Shown one piece after another: positions 47,875 to 58,287 of a stretch of DNA of 64,000 nt. The notes below the pieces were generated by a model. It saw only the letters and a program-made list of their open reading frames with translations, was not told the origin of the DNA and searched no databases. How positions within the stretch are numbered: position 1 is the stretch's first letter; every line of letters starts with the position of its first letter. Source of the stretch: an uncultured delta proteobacterium (GTDB taxonomy: Bacteria > Myxococcota_A > Polyangia > Polyangiales > Polyangiaceae); assembly GCA_963841435.1 (NCBI GenBank), contig CAWJCS010000002.1, forward strand, positions 192,001 through 256,000, in the 5' to 3' direction. The translations under genes were made by a program, and so were the position numbers.

Positions 47875-50338
47875 TCACATCCGCGTCCAGCTCACCGTGT
47901 CCGTCGCCGTGGCGTTGCCCGTCGTGCCGCGCGCCTCGATGCTGTTCGCGCCGGTGCTCAGGGCGACGTTCGTCCAGACGAAGCGGTGGTCGGTTAACGT
48001 TTTCGAGCCCTGGCTCGCGCCGTTCACGGTGAGCTCGACGGAGTCGAAGTTCGAGTAGACCTTGATCGGAGTCGTTGCCGTGGTCCGCGGTGTGAAGCGG
48101 CGGGACGTGACGTAGACGACTGGGTCAGTGCTCCAGTTCGCCTTGAACCAGAAGAACGCGTCCTTCCTCGTCTTGCGATCGTAGGTGACGAGGCCCTTGT
48201 CGTTGCGGCCGGGGGTGTCGCCTTCCGAGCGCGAGTCCACGGCGAAGTCGAACATGTTCCAGATGATCTTGGACCAGAGGTAGGGCCTCGTCTTCATCTG
48301 GAGCCAGTGCGATTCGTGCACGAGGTTCTGCCACTCTTCGGGGTGGGGTGAGCCGTACGGATCAGGTTGCACCGGCGGCTCCTGATGCTGCGTGATCCCC
48401 GCGCCCGCGCCCCATTCGCTGATGGCGAGGTTCCAGGTCGGGCGGGCCGCGTGCAGTCCGTCCGCCCAGGCGCCGAACTGGTCGGAGGTACCGAAAGCGT
48501 CGTACCAGCCGTAATAGGTATTGTACCCGACGACATTGCTGTGCGCCGGCAGGCCCCCGGTGTCGCTCGTGCAGCACTGCGCGTAGGTCGAAAGGCGGTT
48601 AGGGTCCTCGCTCTTCACGAGGGTCGCGAGCCCGGCGAGTAGGTTGTTCGTGGCGGTGTCGTCGGTGCGCTGCTCGTTGCCGATGCCCCAGAAGAGAATC
48701 GAGGGGTGATTGTACCCCTGCCGAATCATCTCCGTGAGCTGCTGTCGCGCGTTGTCGGTGAAGGCCTGCGCGCTGGAGATGCGATTGACGAGCGGGATCT
48801 CCTCCCAGAGAACCATGCCCGAGCGATCGGCGAGATCGAGGAAGTGCGGCGCCTGCTGATAGTGCGCGAGCCGGACGATCGTCGCGCCGAGCTCGAGGAT
48901 CAACGCCATGTCCTCGTCTTGCTCGGCGTCACCGATGGCCCAGCCGAGGTTCAATCGATCTTGATGGCGATTGACGCCGCGCAGATCGAGGTACGACCCG
49001 TTCAAGAAGAAGCCCTTGGCGGGATCGACCGAGTAGAAGCGGAATCCGAGCGGGACACTCACCCAGTTCGACCACCGTGTCGCCCGAGCGCACGATCGCG
49101 TACGCCGTGTAGACGTTGGGAGCGGTGCGCCCGTTCCAGAGTCGGGGGCTCGTGATGCTCGCCGTGGCCTTCACCTCGTTCGTCGCCGCCGGCATGACCG
49201 TGGCTGCGCCGGACAGCGTGTCCACGACGGCGCCGTCCGGGTCGACGACGACCGTGTCCACCGTGACGGCCTCGGCACCGGCTCGCTCGTTCGTGACGCG
49301 CACGCGCGAGGCGAGCGCCGCCGACGCCGCGCTGACGCTCGTGGGGTCGAGGTAGACGCCGTCCGAAGCATAGTCGAGCGTGTCGATGTGGAGGGTGTCG
49401 GTCACGAGCACGTGCACGTCGCGATAGATCCCGCCGAAGAACGTGAAGTCGGCCTCGAGCGGCGCCACGTCGCTCGCCGCGGCGTTGCTCACCCGCACCG
49501 CGATCACGTTGTCGCCGCTCGTCATCTCGTCCGTCACGTCGAAGCGAAAGCGCGCGAAACCGCCGCGGTGCTGCCCCACGTTCTTGCCGTTGACGAACAC
49601 GTCCGTCACGATGTTCGCGCCGTCGAATTCGAGGTAGACCTTCTTACCGGCGGCGGAGGCGGGCAGCATGAAGTGCCGGCGATACCAGCCGGTGCCGCGG
49701 TAGTAGTTGTTCCCGCCGTCCTGGCCGTCTTGTGCGTTCCAGGTGTGCGGTAGCGTCACCGCCGTCCAGCTCGAGTCGTCATAGCTCGTGCCCTCGGCGC
49801 CGCTCGGGTTGCTCTTGATGAAGCGCCAGCCGTCGTCGATGAGCGTGCTCGTGCGCGTCGCGGGCGGTGGCTCGTAGCCGCCCGGTCCCGTGCCGGCCGC
49901 ACCACTCGTGCCTGCCGACGAGCCCGCCATCCCTGCGCCCGCAGCATCCCCCGCGTTGCCGCCAGCACCGCCATCGACGTTGGACGTGCCGGAGCTGCCA
50001 GAGCTGGAGCCTGCCGCAGCACCTCCTCCACCGTCGCCTCCTGGGCCGCCCGCGCCCGCGCCGCCCGTCGGCATCGAGCCGCCCGCTCCCGCCGTCCCGG
50101 CACCGAGCACCCCCGCCGCTCCGCCGGTTCCCACTCCGCCGCTACCCGCCGGCGCCCCGCCCACGCCACCGGCATTGTCAGTGCCCCCGACGCCAGGCGC
50201 TTCCCCGCTTGCCGGCTCCGCCCCCGAGCACGAAAGGGGCAAGAGCAGGGCGACTGCGAGCGCGAGGGGTGCGCTCCGGGGAACACGGCGTCCAGCGAGC
50301 ATGATCATAGGACGCCCGGGAGCGCGCGTGTCGAGCAT
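47875..50338 (-). CDS. GH2 beta-galactosidase/glucuronidase-type lipoprotein with Gly-rich linker; +1 frameshift at 49067/49068
   Basis: VTLPHTWN, LEFDGAN and GGIYRDV in ORF 48929..50488; GVNRHQD, RLAHY, NHPSILFWGIGNE, ISEWG and NDKGLVTYDR in ORF 47875..49062. Removing one base restores VVDWVSVPLGFR. Start 50338 or 50308. Confidence 0.9.
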
Positions 50339-50671
50339 GATTTTTCCTTCGTTCGCCGAACTCGGCTCCTTTCCAGCGCGCGGGCGCCGGAGCGGGTGGC
50401 TTCGGGGAGCCGTTTCGACGCGGCGCCGTCGTCTTCGCTCACGAACCCCCGACGAGCTCGGTCGAGCCCAAGTCGCGCACGCTCGCAACGGCCCACGTCA
50501 ACGGCTTGTCGCACCGTTCACTGCCCTGAGTTTGACGGACAGCGGCTGGGTGCTGTTCGAGGGTCCGGCTCAGCCTACCGAGAGCCGAAGGCGCGCACTC
50601 GTTCGCGCGCCGCGATTTCGCGCTTGGCCCGGACGCGAGCGCACGGTTAGGCTCGCGCTGCGGAGGTGAGC

Positions 50672-51376
50672 ATGACGAAGAAGCTGATTGCGGAGCTCTT
50701 GGGGACGTTCTGGTTGGTACTCGGTGGCTGTGGGAGCGCGGTTTTGGCCGCCGCGTTCGGCGGGACCGACTCGAACCTCGGCATCGGGTTCGTGGGCGTC
50801 GCGCTCGCGTTCGGGCTCACGGTGCTCACCATGGCCTTCGCGATCGGGCACGTATCCGGCTGCCACCTGAACCCCGCCGTGACGCTCGGCCTCGTAGCGG
50901 GCAAGCGCCACCCAGCCGGCGAAGCGGTCCCGTACATCGTGGCGCAGGTCGTGGGGGCAATAGCGGCAGCGGGTGTCCTCTACGTCATCGCGACGGGCAA
51001 GGCGGACGCCAGCGTCGGCGGGTTCGCGTCGAACGGATTCGGGGAGCTCAGCCCCGGCGGCTACGGCATGGGGGCCGCGCTGGTGACCGAGGTGGTGATG
51101 ACGTTCTTCTTCCTGCTGATCATCATGGGGGCGACGGATGCTCGAGCGCCCGCTGGCTTCGCGCCGATCGCCATTGGCCTCGGGCTCACGCTCATCCACC
51201 TCATCAGCATCCCGGTCACGAACACCTCGGTGAACCCGGCTCGCAGCACGGGCGTCGCGTTCTTTGCCGAAACCGCGGCGCTCTCACAGCTCTGGCTCTT
51301 CTGGGTGGCGCCGATCCTCGGCGGGGTCCTCGGCGGCTTCGTGTATCGAAGCGTGTTCGCGGAAAGCTCGCGCTGA
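50672..51376 (+). CDS. aqpZ: Aquaporin Z
   Basis: [47 protein letters not shown] and QLWLFWVAP. Confidence 0.97.
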   Translation: MTKKLIAELLGTFWLVLGGCGSAVLAAAFGGTDSNLGIGFVGVALAFGLTVLTMAFAIGHVSGCHLNPAVTLGLVAGKRHPAGEAVPYIVAQVVGAIAAAGVLYVIATGKADASVGGFASNGFGELSPGGYGMGAALVTEVVMTFFFLLIIMGATDARAPAGFAPIAIGLGLTLIHLISIPVTNTSVNPARSTGVAFFAETAALSQLWLFWVAPILGGVLGGFVYRSVFAESSR

Positions 51377-51421
51377 GAACTTCGTGTATCGAAGCGTGTT
51401 CGCGGAAAGCTCGCGCTGAGA
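51337..51421 (+). repeat. Perfect 42-bp direct duplication of the aqpZ 3' end (51337-51378 and 51380-51421)
   Basis: CTTCGTGTATCGAAGCGTGTTCGCGGAAAGCTCGCGCTGAGA occurs twice, separated by one A. Confidence 0.95.
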
Positions 51422-51422
51422 G

Positions 51423-53162
51423 TCAGCCGGCTTCCACCGCACCAAGCGTGCAGGCGGCCGGACGCGTCGCGCCCCTTTGATCGGTCGGCGCGCAGGCCTT
51501 TCCTGCGCCCACGGCGGGGCTGTCGTCCGCCGGGCGCAGTGTCTGGGTCGGGCCGCCGTTGTCTAAAAGTGGGCCGAGCTTCGGGTCGGCGAACGTGATG
51601 CCGGAGGCGCAAGCGGTGCCATCCATCGGAAATTGCAGGTTCACGCCCGCGCCCTGGAACGTGGTGTCGCAGCTTGCGTTGGGATCACCCTTCCCGGGCA
51701 GGTTGTTCGCGATGATGCTGTTCGCGAGCGTGAGACGACTGCCGTTACCGTAGAGGCCGTCGCCCTCGTTGCCAGCCACGGTGATGTTCGAGAGCGTACC
51801 CGTCGCGTCGCTCGAGAACCCGACGCCGCCACCGCCCAGGGACGTATTGTTCACGATGGTCACGTTCGTGAAATCCACGACCACGCGATCGCCGCAGGCG
51901 ATTCCCCCGGAACCCGTCACGGCGCGGTTGTTGGAAACGGTGCTGTCCGAAAGGATGAAGGTGACGCCCTGGACCGAGATCGCACCGCCGGCCCCCGTTT
52001 CGCGGCCGGCGGTGTTGTGGTCGAAGGTCGAGTGCGAGATGTTGACGAGCGAGGGCTTGTCGCTGCTCGAATCGAAGCTGATGCGAAACAGGGCGCCGCC
52101 ACCTTCTTCGGCGACGTTGTCGGTAAAGACGTCGCCGCACAGCGTGAGTGAGTGGTCCGTGGCTTCGTGGCTGAGCGCGCCGCCGACGCCGCCCTCGAGG
52201 CCGAAGCCGACGATGCCGGTCGCGCGGTTGCCCGAAAACGTCGAGTTGACGATGGTGACGTCCTTGCTTTCCGTGCCGACCGCGCCGCCGTTCGAGCCGC
52301 TGTTGCCCGTGAAGGTGCTTCCCACGATGACGATCGTCCCTTCGCCATAGCCGCCGATCGCACCGCCGGTGACGTAGCCACCATTCGAGGCACACTGGTT
52401 CTCTGAGAAAGTGCAGTCGACCACGCTGAGTGACCCGCCGTCCAAGAGGATGGCCCCGCCGCTTTGCTCCCGGCTCATCGTGGTAAATTCGTCGGTGGTG
52501 AAGCCCTCCTCGAACGCGAGGTGCTGCACCGTGAGCCGTGGCGTCGGGTCGTAGTAGTCGCTCCCGACATGGAGGATGCGCGACGTACCGCCACCGCTCA
52601 GCGTCACGCTGCCGTCGCCGTCGATGGTGGTGTCGTTCGGGACCGCGATCTCGGACGCCACCGTGATCGTCACCGGCGCCTCGCCGCAGTCGAACGTGAC
52701 GCTGCCCCCTCTTGCCACCGCCGCGCGCAGCGCCGCTTCCGTGCAGCTCGCGGCGCTCCCGTCGCCGACCACCGTGGTGGGGCTCGACGTGTCGACCGCC
52801 GACGCCGGCAAGTCACAACCCGTGCCGGGGGGGAGTGTATCGGGCGCGCCGGCCTCGCCGCTGCCGGCAGTCCCCGCGCTGGAGCCCGCATCCCCTCCAG
52901 CTCCGGGGCTCTCTCCGGATCCGCCGCTACTCACCGATCCGCCACTTGCCGACGACCCGCCTCGACCCGCTGACCCGCCGCTCTCGTTCGTCCCGCCGCT
53001 CCCCAATGAACCGCTGCTCCCCGACGATCCGCCGCGTCCGGAGGAGCCGGACGTGCCCGACCCGGAGCCGCCGCCGCGAGCAGTCGCACCGTCGGCGCCG
53101 TCGTTCGTGCGACCGCACGCGAGCGCCAGCACGCCGCCCAGCACCACCACACCAAGCCGCAT
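51423..53162 (-). CDS. Lipoprotein with Gly linker and right-handed beta-helix (Pmp-like GGAI/FxxN repeats, choice-of-anchor-Q-like tail)
   Basis: CAGGAG RBS, lipobox ALAC, repeated GGAI...FxxN, tail DPKLGPLLDNGGPTQT...SPA...TDQRG...GAVE. Confidence 0.85.
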   Translation of the reverse strand: MRLGVVVLGGVLALACGRTNDGADGATARGGGSGSGTSGSSGRGGSSGSSGSLGSGGTNESGGSAGRGGSSASGGSVSSGGSGESPGAGGDAGSSAGTAGSGEAGAPDTLPPGTGCDLPASAVDTSSPTTVVGDGSAASCTEAALRAAVARGGSVTFDCGEAPVTITVASEIAVPNDTTIDGDGSVTLSGGGTSRILHVGSDYYDPTPRLTVQHLAFEEGFTTDEFTTMSREQSGGAILLDGGSLSVVDCTFSENQCASNGGYVTGGAIGGYGEGTIVIVGSTFTGNSGSNGGAVGTESKDVTIVNSTFSGNRATGIVGFGLEGGVGGALSHEATDHSLTLCGDVFTDNVAEEGGGALFRISFDSSSDKPSLVNISHSTFDHNTAGRETGAGGAISVQGVTFILSDSTVSNNRAVTGSGGIACGDRVVVDFTNVTIVNNTSLGGGGVGFSSDATGTLSNITVAGNEGDGLYGNGSRLTLANSIIANNLPGKGDPNASCDTTFQGAGVNLQFPMDGTACASGITFADPKLGPLLDNGGPTQTLRPADDSPAVGAGKACAPTDQRGATRPAACTLGAVEAG

Positions 53163-53413
53163 CTCCTGATTTGAGCACGGCTCCGCGCCGTGTGCCGCCG
53201 TTTCTTCTTTTCTGTTCTTCGGGCGTCTTCTTCGGGCTTTCGGGCTTCGGGTTCGCGGGATCGTTCGGATATTTGCAGCCGCAAAGGATCCGCTGCGCCG
53301 AATCACGGCTAACTTCTCACATCCGCTCGCCCGTACCAGGCTCGCTCGGTCCCGGGGTCGCAGAATGGTGATCCCTCGGGCGCCCAAAGGGAATCAACCC
53401 TTACGGGTTTCGC

Positions 53414-55165
53414 GTGCGGGGCTTCTGCATCGTCGGTGTCACGGTTCTTTCCGCGCTGGCGTTCGCCTGCAGCGGCTCCTCCAGAAGCGTCGTCGCGACG
53501 GGAGGTGGCCCCGGCGCCACCACCTCGGGCGGGACGGGCGGCGACGGCACCGGGGGCGATGCGAGCGGCGGCTCCAGTGGTGTGGGCGGGTCGTCTGGCA
53601 CGAGCGGCGCGACGGGTACCGGCGGCGCCGCGGGAAGTGGCACTGGCGGGACCGGTGGCGAGCACGCCGGGAGCAGCACCCTCAGCCTCGACGGCGCGCC
53701 CATCTACACGCGCGTGCAGCGGTTGACCAACTCGCAGTGGGAGCACGCCGTCACCGACATCCTGCGCTTCAGCGCACCGGCCAACCTGTCGCAAGGCTTT
53801 CTCGAGCCCGCGTCCGGCGCGGCGGATTTCAACAACAACGAGCGGCTCCTCTACGTCGATCAGCAAACGGTGCTCGAGTTCGAAGAGGGCGCGGAGGCAG
53901 CGGCGGCGATCGCGACGGGCTCGCCGGCCGCGCTCGAGGCGCTCTACTCGGGAACGGATGCGGAGGGGTTCGTCCAGAGCTTCGGGCGGCGAGCTTTCCG
54001 GCGCCCGCTCACGGCGGAGGAAGAGTCGAAGTATCAGAACGTCTTCGCGCTCGGCGAGGAGCTCTACGGTGCCGGCTTTGCGAACGGCGCGTCCCTCGTC
54101 ATCCGTGCGATGCTCGCGTCGCCGTACTTCCTCTACCGCACGGAGCTCGGCGCCTCGGGCGAGCCGCTCGACGGCTACGAGGCTGCCTCCAAGCTCTCAT
54201 TCTGGTTGCTCGGGACCACGCCGAGCGACGCGCTGCTCGACGCGGCCGCCGCCGGCGAGCTCGACGACGCCAACGGCCTCGAAGCCGTCGCGCGCGCGAT
54301 GCTCGAAGAGCCTGCTGCGATCGAGGTCATGCGAGATTTTCACGGCCAGCTCTTCCACGTCGAGCGCTACCAGGGGATCAGCAAGGCTGACGTGCCCGAG
54401 TACAGCGAAGCGCTCAACGCCGAGCTCGCCGACGCCTCCCTCTCGTTTTTCGATCGCATCTTCACGCAAGGCCTGGGTCTTGGGGAGCTCCTGACCTCGA
54501 GCGACGCCTACGTTGGGCCCGGACTCGCCCCGCTCTACGGAATCGAGCCGCCGGCGAGCGGGCTTGCGCGCGTCTCACTCGGGCCTTCTCGCATCGGCTA
54601 CTTCATGCAGGTACCGTTTTTGCTCTTGAATGGCATCGACCGCGTGCCGGACACCATTCATCGCGGGCAAGCCATCCACCAGGGTGTCCTTTGCGCTGAC
54701 CCCGGGGTCCCCGTGGCCGGTTTTCCCCCGGTCCCCCCTCCGAAGGACGGGCAGACGAATCGCGAGGTCGTGACCGAGCTCACGAGCACCTGCGGCGCGC
54801 AGTGCCACGGCGAGCTCCTGAACCCACTCGGCTTCGCCTTCGAGAATTTCGACGGTATGGGCATGGAGCGAACGCTCGACAACGGCCAGCCCGTCAACAC
54901 GACCGGACAATTCCCGTTCGACGACGGAGTGAAACCGTTCGCGGACGCGACCGAGCTCATGCAAATCCTCGCCGGCAACGCGCAAGCGCACCAGTGCTAC
55001 GCGAAGCACGTCACCGGCTACGCGCTCCAGCGCGACATCGTCGAGAGCGATCGCCCCCTGCTCGAGTCACTCGGCGCGCTGAGCCTCGGCGATTCCGTCA
55101 AGGAGCTGATCGTCTCGCTCGTGAGAGACCCCGCGTTTCGCTTGCGAAAGGAGGGTACGCCGTGA
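53414..55165 (+). CDS. DUF1587/1595/1592/1588/1585-type lipoprotein
   Basis: RLTNSQW, FGRRAFRRPL, MLASPYFLYRTE, ASKLSFWL.GTTP, TIHRG, TNRE and CGAQCHGELLNPLGFAFENFDG. Confidence 0.9.
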   Translation: MRGFCIVGVTVLSALAFACSGSSRSVVATGGGPGATTSGGTGGDGTGGDASGGSSGVGGSSGTSGATGTGGAAGSGTGGTGGEHAGSSTLSLDGAPIYTRVQRLTNSQWEHAVTDILRFSAPANLSQGFLEPASGAADFNNNERLLYVDQQTVLEFEEGAEAAAAIATGSPAALEALYSGTDAEGFVQSFGRRAFRRPLTAEEESKYQNVFALGEELYGAGFANGASLVIRAMLASPYFLYRTELGASGEPLDGYEAASKLSFWLLGTTPSDALLDAAAAGELDDANGLEAVARAMLEEPAAIEVMRDFHGQLFHVERYQGISKADVPEYSEALNAELADASLSFFDRIFTQGLGLGELLTSSDAYVGPGLAPLYGIEPPASGLARVSLGPSRIGYFMQVPFLLLNGIDRVPDTIHRGQAIHQGVLCADPGVPVAGFPPVPPPKDGQTNREVVTELTSTCGAQCHGELLNPLGFAFENFDGMGMERTLDNGQPVNTTGQFPFDDGVKPFADATELMQILAGNAQAHQCYAKHVTGYALQRDIVESDRPLLESLGALSLGDSVKELIVSLVRDPAFRLRKEGTP

Positions 55166-56583
55166 CGTTCCGCGCGTTCCGACCGAAGCTTCCTCGCGTC
55201 AATCGCCGTGCGTTTTTGCGGGGTACGGCCGGAGTGAGTCTTGCCCTCCCGTTCCTCGAGGGGCTGCCGGATCGGTCCGCCTGGGCCGCTGGGCAAGAGC
55301 CCGTGTTCAGCCTGTTCATGATGGCCGCGGGTGGCGTCGTTCCCGCGAGGTTCTTTCCGAGCGAGCTCGGCGCGCTCACCACGGCCGGGCTCGCCGAAGG
55401 CGAAAAGGCGACGAGCGCGCTCGCCGCTCACGCGAAGAGCCTCTTGTTCCTGAAGAACGTCAACTGGCCCACGGGTGGTCCCAAGGGGGAGCCTCACGCC
55501 GAGGGTCCGTGCCAAGCGCTCACGGCGACGACGCCGATCGGCACCAGCAAAGACGCCGTTGCGTCGGGACCATCGGCGGACTGGGTCATCGCCAACGCCG
55601 TGCATCCCGGGATGGACCCGCTGACCTTGTACGCGGGCAACCGCAAGAACGGGTACATCGCGGAACGTTTCTCGTTCCCCGAGTCCGGCGTGGTCGCTCC
55701 GGCGGTCAACAACCCCTACCAGCTCTACCAGGAGCTCGTCGGCATCGCCTCACCTGCCGGCACCACGATGCCCGGTGGCGAGGAGGCCGCGAACCTGCTC
55801 ATCCAGAGCCGCAACAGCATCCACGATCTCGTGCGGGAGGACCTCCAGAGCCTGCTCGCCAACCCGCGGCTCAGCGCCGCCGACCGCGAGCGTTTGCAGC
55901 TCCACTTCGACGGCATCCGAGACGCCGAGGTCAAGATGGGCGGCATGGGCGACGACCTCCTGGCGCAGTGCACGCTCGACGGCATCGACACGACGAGGCT
56001 CGAAGCCCTGTCCACCTACAAGTACGTCAGCTCCGGCGCCTCGGTCGAGGGGATCGTCGAGCTCCACATGTCGCTCGTTGCGCTCGCATTTGCCTGCAAC
56101 CATCGGCGCACGGCAACGCTTCAGTGGGGCGACGGGACGGACCACACGATCTACGACGTCCCTTCGAACCAGGCCCTCGGGATGTGGCCGCTCAACTACT
56201 TGAGCCACCGCGCCCAGAGCGACGGCGCGGTCGGGGACAACCCCGTCGCCGAGGCGGCGCACGCCGAGGTCGACGCTCTGCGCATGACGACGTTCGCGAA
56301 GGGCCTCGACGCCTTCGCCGCCCGCGGTCTCGCCGACCATTCGTTCGTGATGTGGACCAATCACTACGCGGAGGGCCCCTCGCACTCCTTCCGCAACGTT
56401 CCCCACATCATCTGGGGCAACGGCGGCGGTTACCTGAAGCAGGGCGAGTACATCGACGTTGGCAGCATGTCGAACCAGCGCCTCCTGAACACGCTCATCA
56501 GCGCTGCGATCCAAGACACCGGCACCACCGTCACCGATTTCGGTGAGGGCCCCGGCGGCCTGCTCGACTCGATCCTGGCGTGA
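55162..56583 (+). CDS. DUF1552 (HXXSHH-family) protein with Tat-type signal
   Basis: GTGA overlap with upstream gene; NRRAFLRG...LALPFLEG, LSAADRERLQLHFDGIRD, ALAFAC and HSFRNVP...GGYLKQG. Confidence 0.9.
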   Translation: MTFRAFRPKLPRVNRRAFLRGTAGVSLALPFLEGLPDRSAWAAGQEPVFSLFMMAAGGVVPARFFPSELGALTTAGLAEGEKATSALAAHAKSLLFLKNVNWPTGGPKGEPHAEGPCQALTATTPIGTSKDAVASGPSADWVIANAVHPGMDPLTLYAGNRKNGYIAERFSFPESGVVAPAVNNPYQLYQELVGIASPAGTTMPGGEEAANLLIQSRNSIHDLVREDLQSLLANPRLSAADRERLQLHFDGIRDAEVKMGGMGDDLLAQCTLDGIDTTRLEALSTYKYVSSGASVEGIVELHMSLVALAFACNHRRTATLQWGDGTDHTIYDVPSNQALGMWPLNYLSHRAQSDGAVGDNPVAEAAHAEVDALRMTTFAKGLDAFAARGLADHSFVMWTNHYAEGPSHSFRNVPHIIWGNGGGYLKQGEYIDVGSMSNQRLLNTLISAAIQDTGTTVTDFGEGPGGLLDSILA

Positions 56584-56603
56584 CGCAGGCGCGCCCGGAC
56601 GCT

Positions 56604-58172
56604 TCAGTTCAGGGCGTTCTTCGGGCTCGAGCGCGGGGGAATCCGCTCCGCTCGCGGCGCTGCCGGCGAAAAGTCGATCTGCTCGAGCATCCGCAAAAGC
56701 TCGACGGCATTCGCCGGCCGATCCTCCGGACGCTTCTCCAAGCAACGGAGCACTATTTCGTCGAGCGCGGCGGGGAGCGGTCCGGGAGCGTGGAGCGACG
56801 GGGGGGACGGCTTGGCGGTCACGTGCTGGATCGCCATTTGCATCGCTGTCCCGCCCTCGAACACCAGCCTGCCCGTGAGCAGGTAGTAAGCAACGCAACC
56901 GAGGGAGTACAGGTCGGCGCGACCGTCGATCGCATGGTCGCCGCTGATGATCTCCGGCGCGAGGTACGCCGGCGTTCCGACGATGCCGTTGGCGGCGGTG
57001 ATCGCCGGGTGAGTCGGGCCCGGGGTATCGCCCTTGACCAGACCGAAATCGAGAACCTTCACGAAGTCGGGCTCGAGGCCACGTCGCGAAACGTGCAGGT
57101 TCGCCGGCTTGATGTCGCGGTGAACCAGACCGTGCTCATGGGCCTCGGCGAGCGAGTCCAGCGCTTGCTTCAAGAGGTGCACGACTCTCTCGGGTGGAAG
57201 TGGCCCGTGTCGGTGCACGAGCTCCTCGAGGTCCGAGCCTTCGAGCAACTCCATCACGTAATAGATGGTGCCGGAATCGGTCACTCCGTAGTCGTAGAGC
57301 TCCACCGTGTGCGGCGAGTTGAGACTCGCGGTGACCTGTGCTTCGCGCTCGAAGCGTTGCTCGGCGACGCTGTCGGCGGGCGTTCGGGATCGCGACGTGA
57401 CACCGGGCTCGTGGCGAATCAGCTTGACCGCCGCCGGACGCGACAGGAGCCGGTGGTGAGCGCGCCACACCTCGCCCATGCCACCCTGGGCGATGCGCGC
57501 TTCGAGCTCGTACATGCCCATGTCGCGCGCGTCGGCGACCTCTTCGCCGAGCCTCGACAGAACCTTGGCTCCCACGTGCGCGACCAGACCGGCGAGATAG
57601 CCTGGGGCGAACGCCATCGCCAAGTCCACGGCGCGGTAGCTTGCCGACGGGTCGTGCGGCGCGAAGAAGAAGAACGCGAGCGGCCCCATGCTCGCCGCGA
57701 TCCCGGCATGCACGAGCGTCATGCGAGGGCCCGAGGGGACGAGCAACGGAAAGAGCGCGATCCAGATCGCGGACCACGAGACGCCGAGACGAGGCGAGAG
57801 CACTCCCCGCACCGAGAATTCGGCTAGCGCGAGACCCATTGCCGTTAGCAGGAAATAGGACGAACCCAGACCATGCAGGCGGACCGCTGACGCGCCGCCC
57901 CTGAGCGCGTATCCCGCCATGGCGAGCGACGCCACGGCCGCGACGACTCCGACTCCACTCCCGAGGACCGAAAGCGACCCAGCGCCGAGACTCAGCCCGA
58001 GGTACGCGATCCAGAAAACGGCGGCTCCCGCCGCTCCGAAGCCGAGCCGGCGCGCCTCGGGTTCCGTCGGCATCGCGGGCAGCGACAAACGCTCCCCCTC
58101 CGGCCGAGGTCGAAGCAGCCCCCGGTAGGGGCAGAAACGCGCCGGAGCGCCCGCTCGCAACGCCGTGGCCAT
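56604..58172 (-). CDS. Ser/Thr protein kinase with N-terminal multi-TM domain
   Basis: IAQGGMGEVW, AAVKLI, HRDIKPAN, DFGL and GTPAYLAPE; about 6 TM helices first. Start may be 58073. Confidence 0.93.
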   Translation of the reverse strand: MATALRAGAPARFCPYRGLLRPRPEGERLSLPAMPTEPEARRLGFGAAGAAVFWIAYLGLSLGAGSLSVLGSGVGVVAAVASLAMAGYALRGGASAVRLHGLGSSYFLLTAMGLALAEFSVRGVLSPRLGVSWSAIWIALFPLLVPSGPRMTLVHAGIAASMGPLAFFFFAPHDPSASYRAVDLAMAFAPGYLAGLVAHVGAKVLSRLGEEVADARDMGMYELEARIAQGGMGEVWRAHHRLLSRPAAVKLIRHEPGVTSRSRTPADSVAEQRFEREAQVTASLNSPHTVELYDYGVTDSGTIYYVMELLEGSDLEELVHRHGPLPPERVVHLLKQALDSLAEAHEHGLVHRDIKPANLHVSRRGLEPDFVKVLDFGLVKGDTPGPTHPAITAANGIVGTPAYLAPEIISGDHAIDGRADLYSLGCVAYYLLTGRLVFEGGTAMQMAIQHVTAKPSPPSLHAPGPLPAALDEIVLRCLEKRPEDRPANAVELLRMLEQIDFSPAAPRAERIPPRSSPKNALN

Positions 58173-58287
58173 GGGACCAACCTAGCTACGCGCGGGGGAG
58201 GTGCCAGGTTTCGCCTCCCCGGGCGCGCAGGGCGTGCCCGGGCGCAGCTCCGTCCGCTTGCCTCTGGAGTGCTATGATGGAAGTTCG

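Noticed and set aside
51337-51421. Possible CRISPR mini-array
   Set aside because: Only two copies with a 1-bp gap, the repeat is aqpZ coding sequence, and there are no cas genes.
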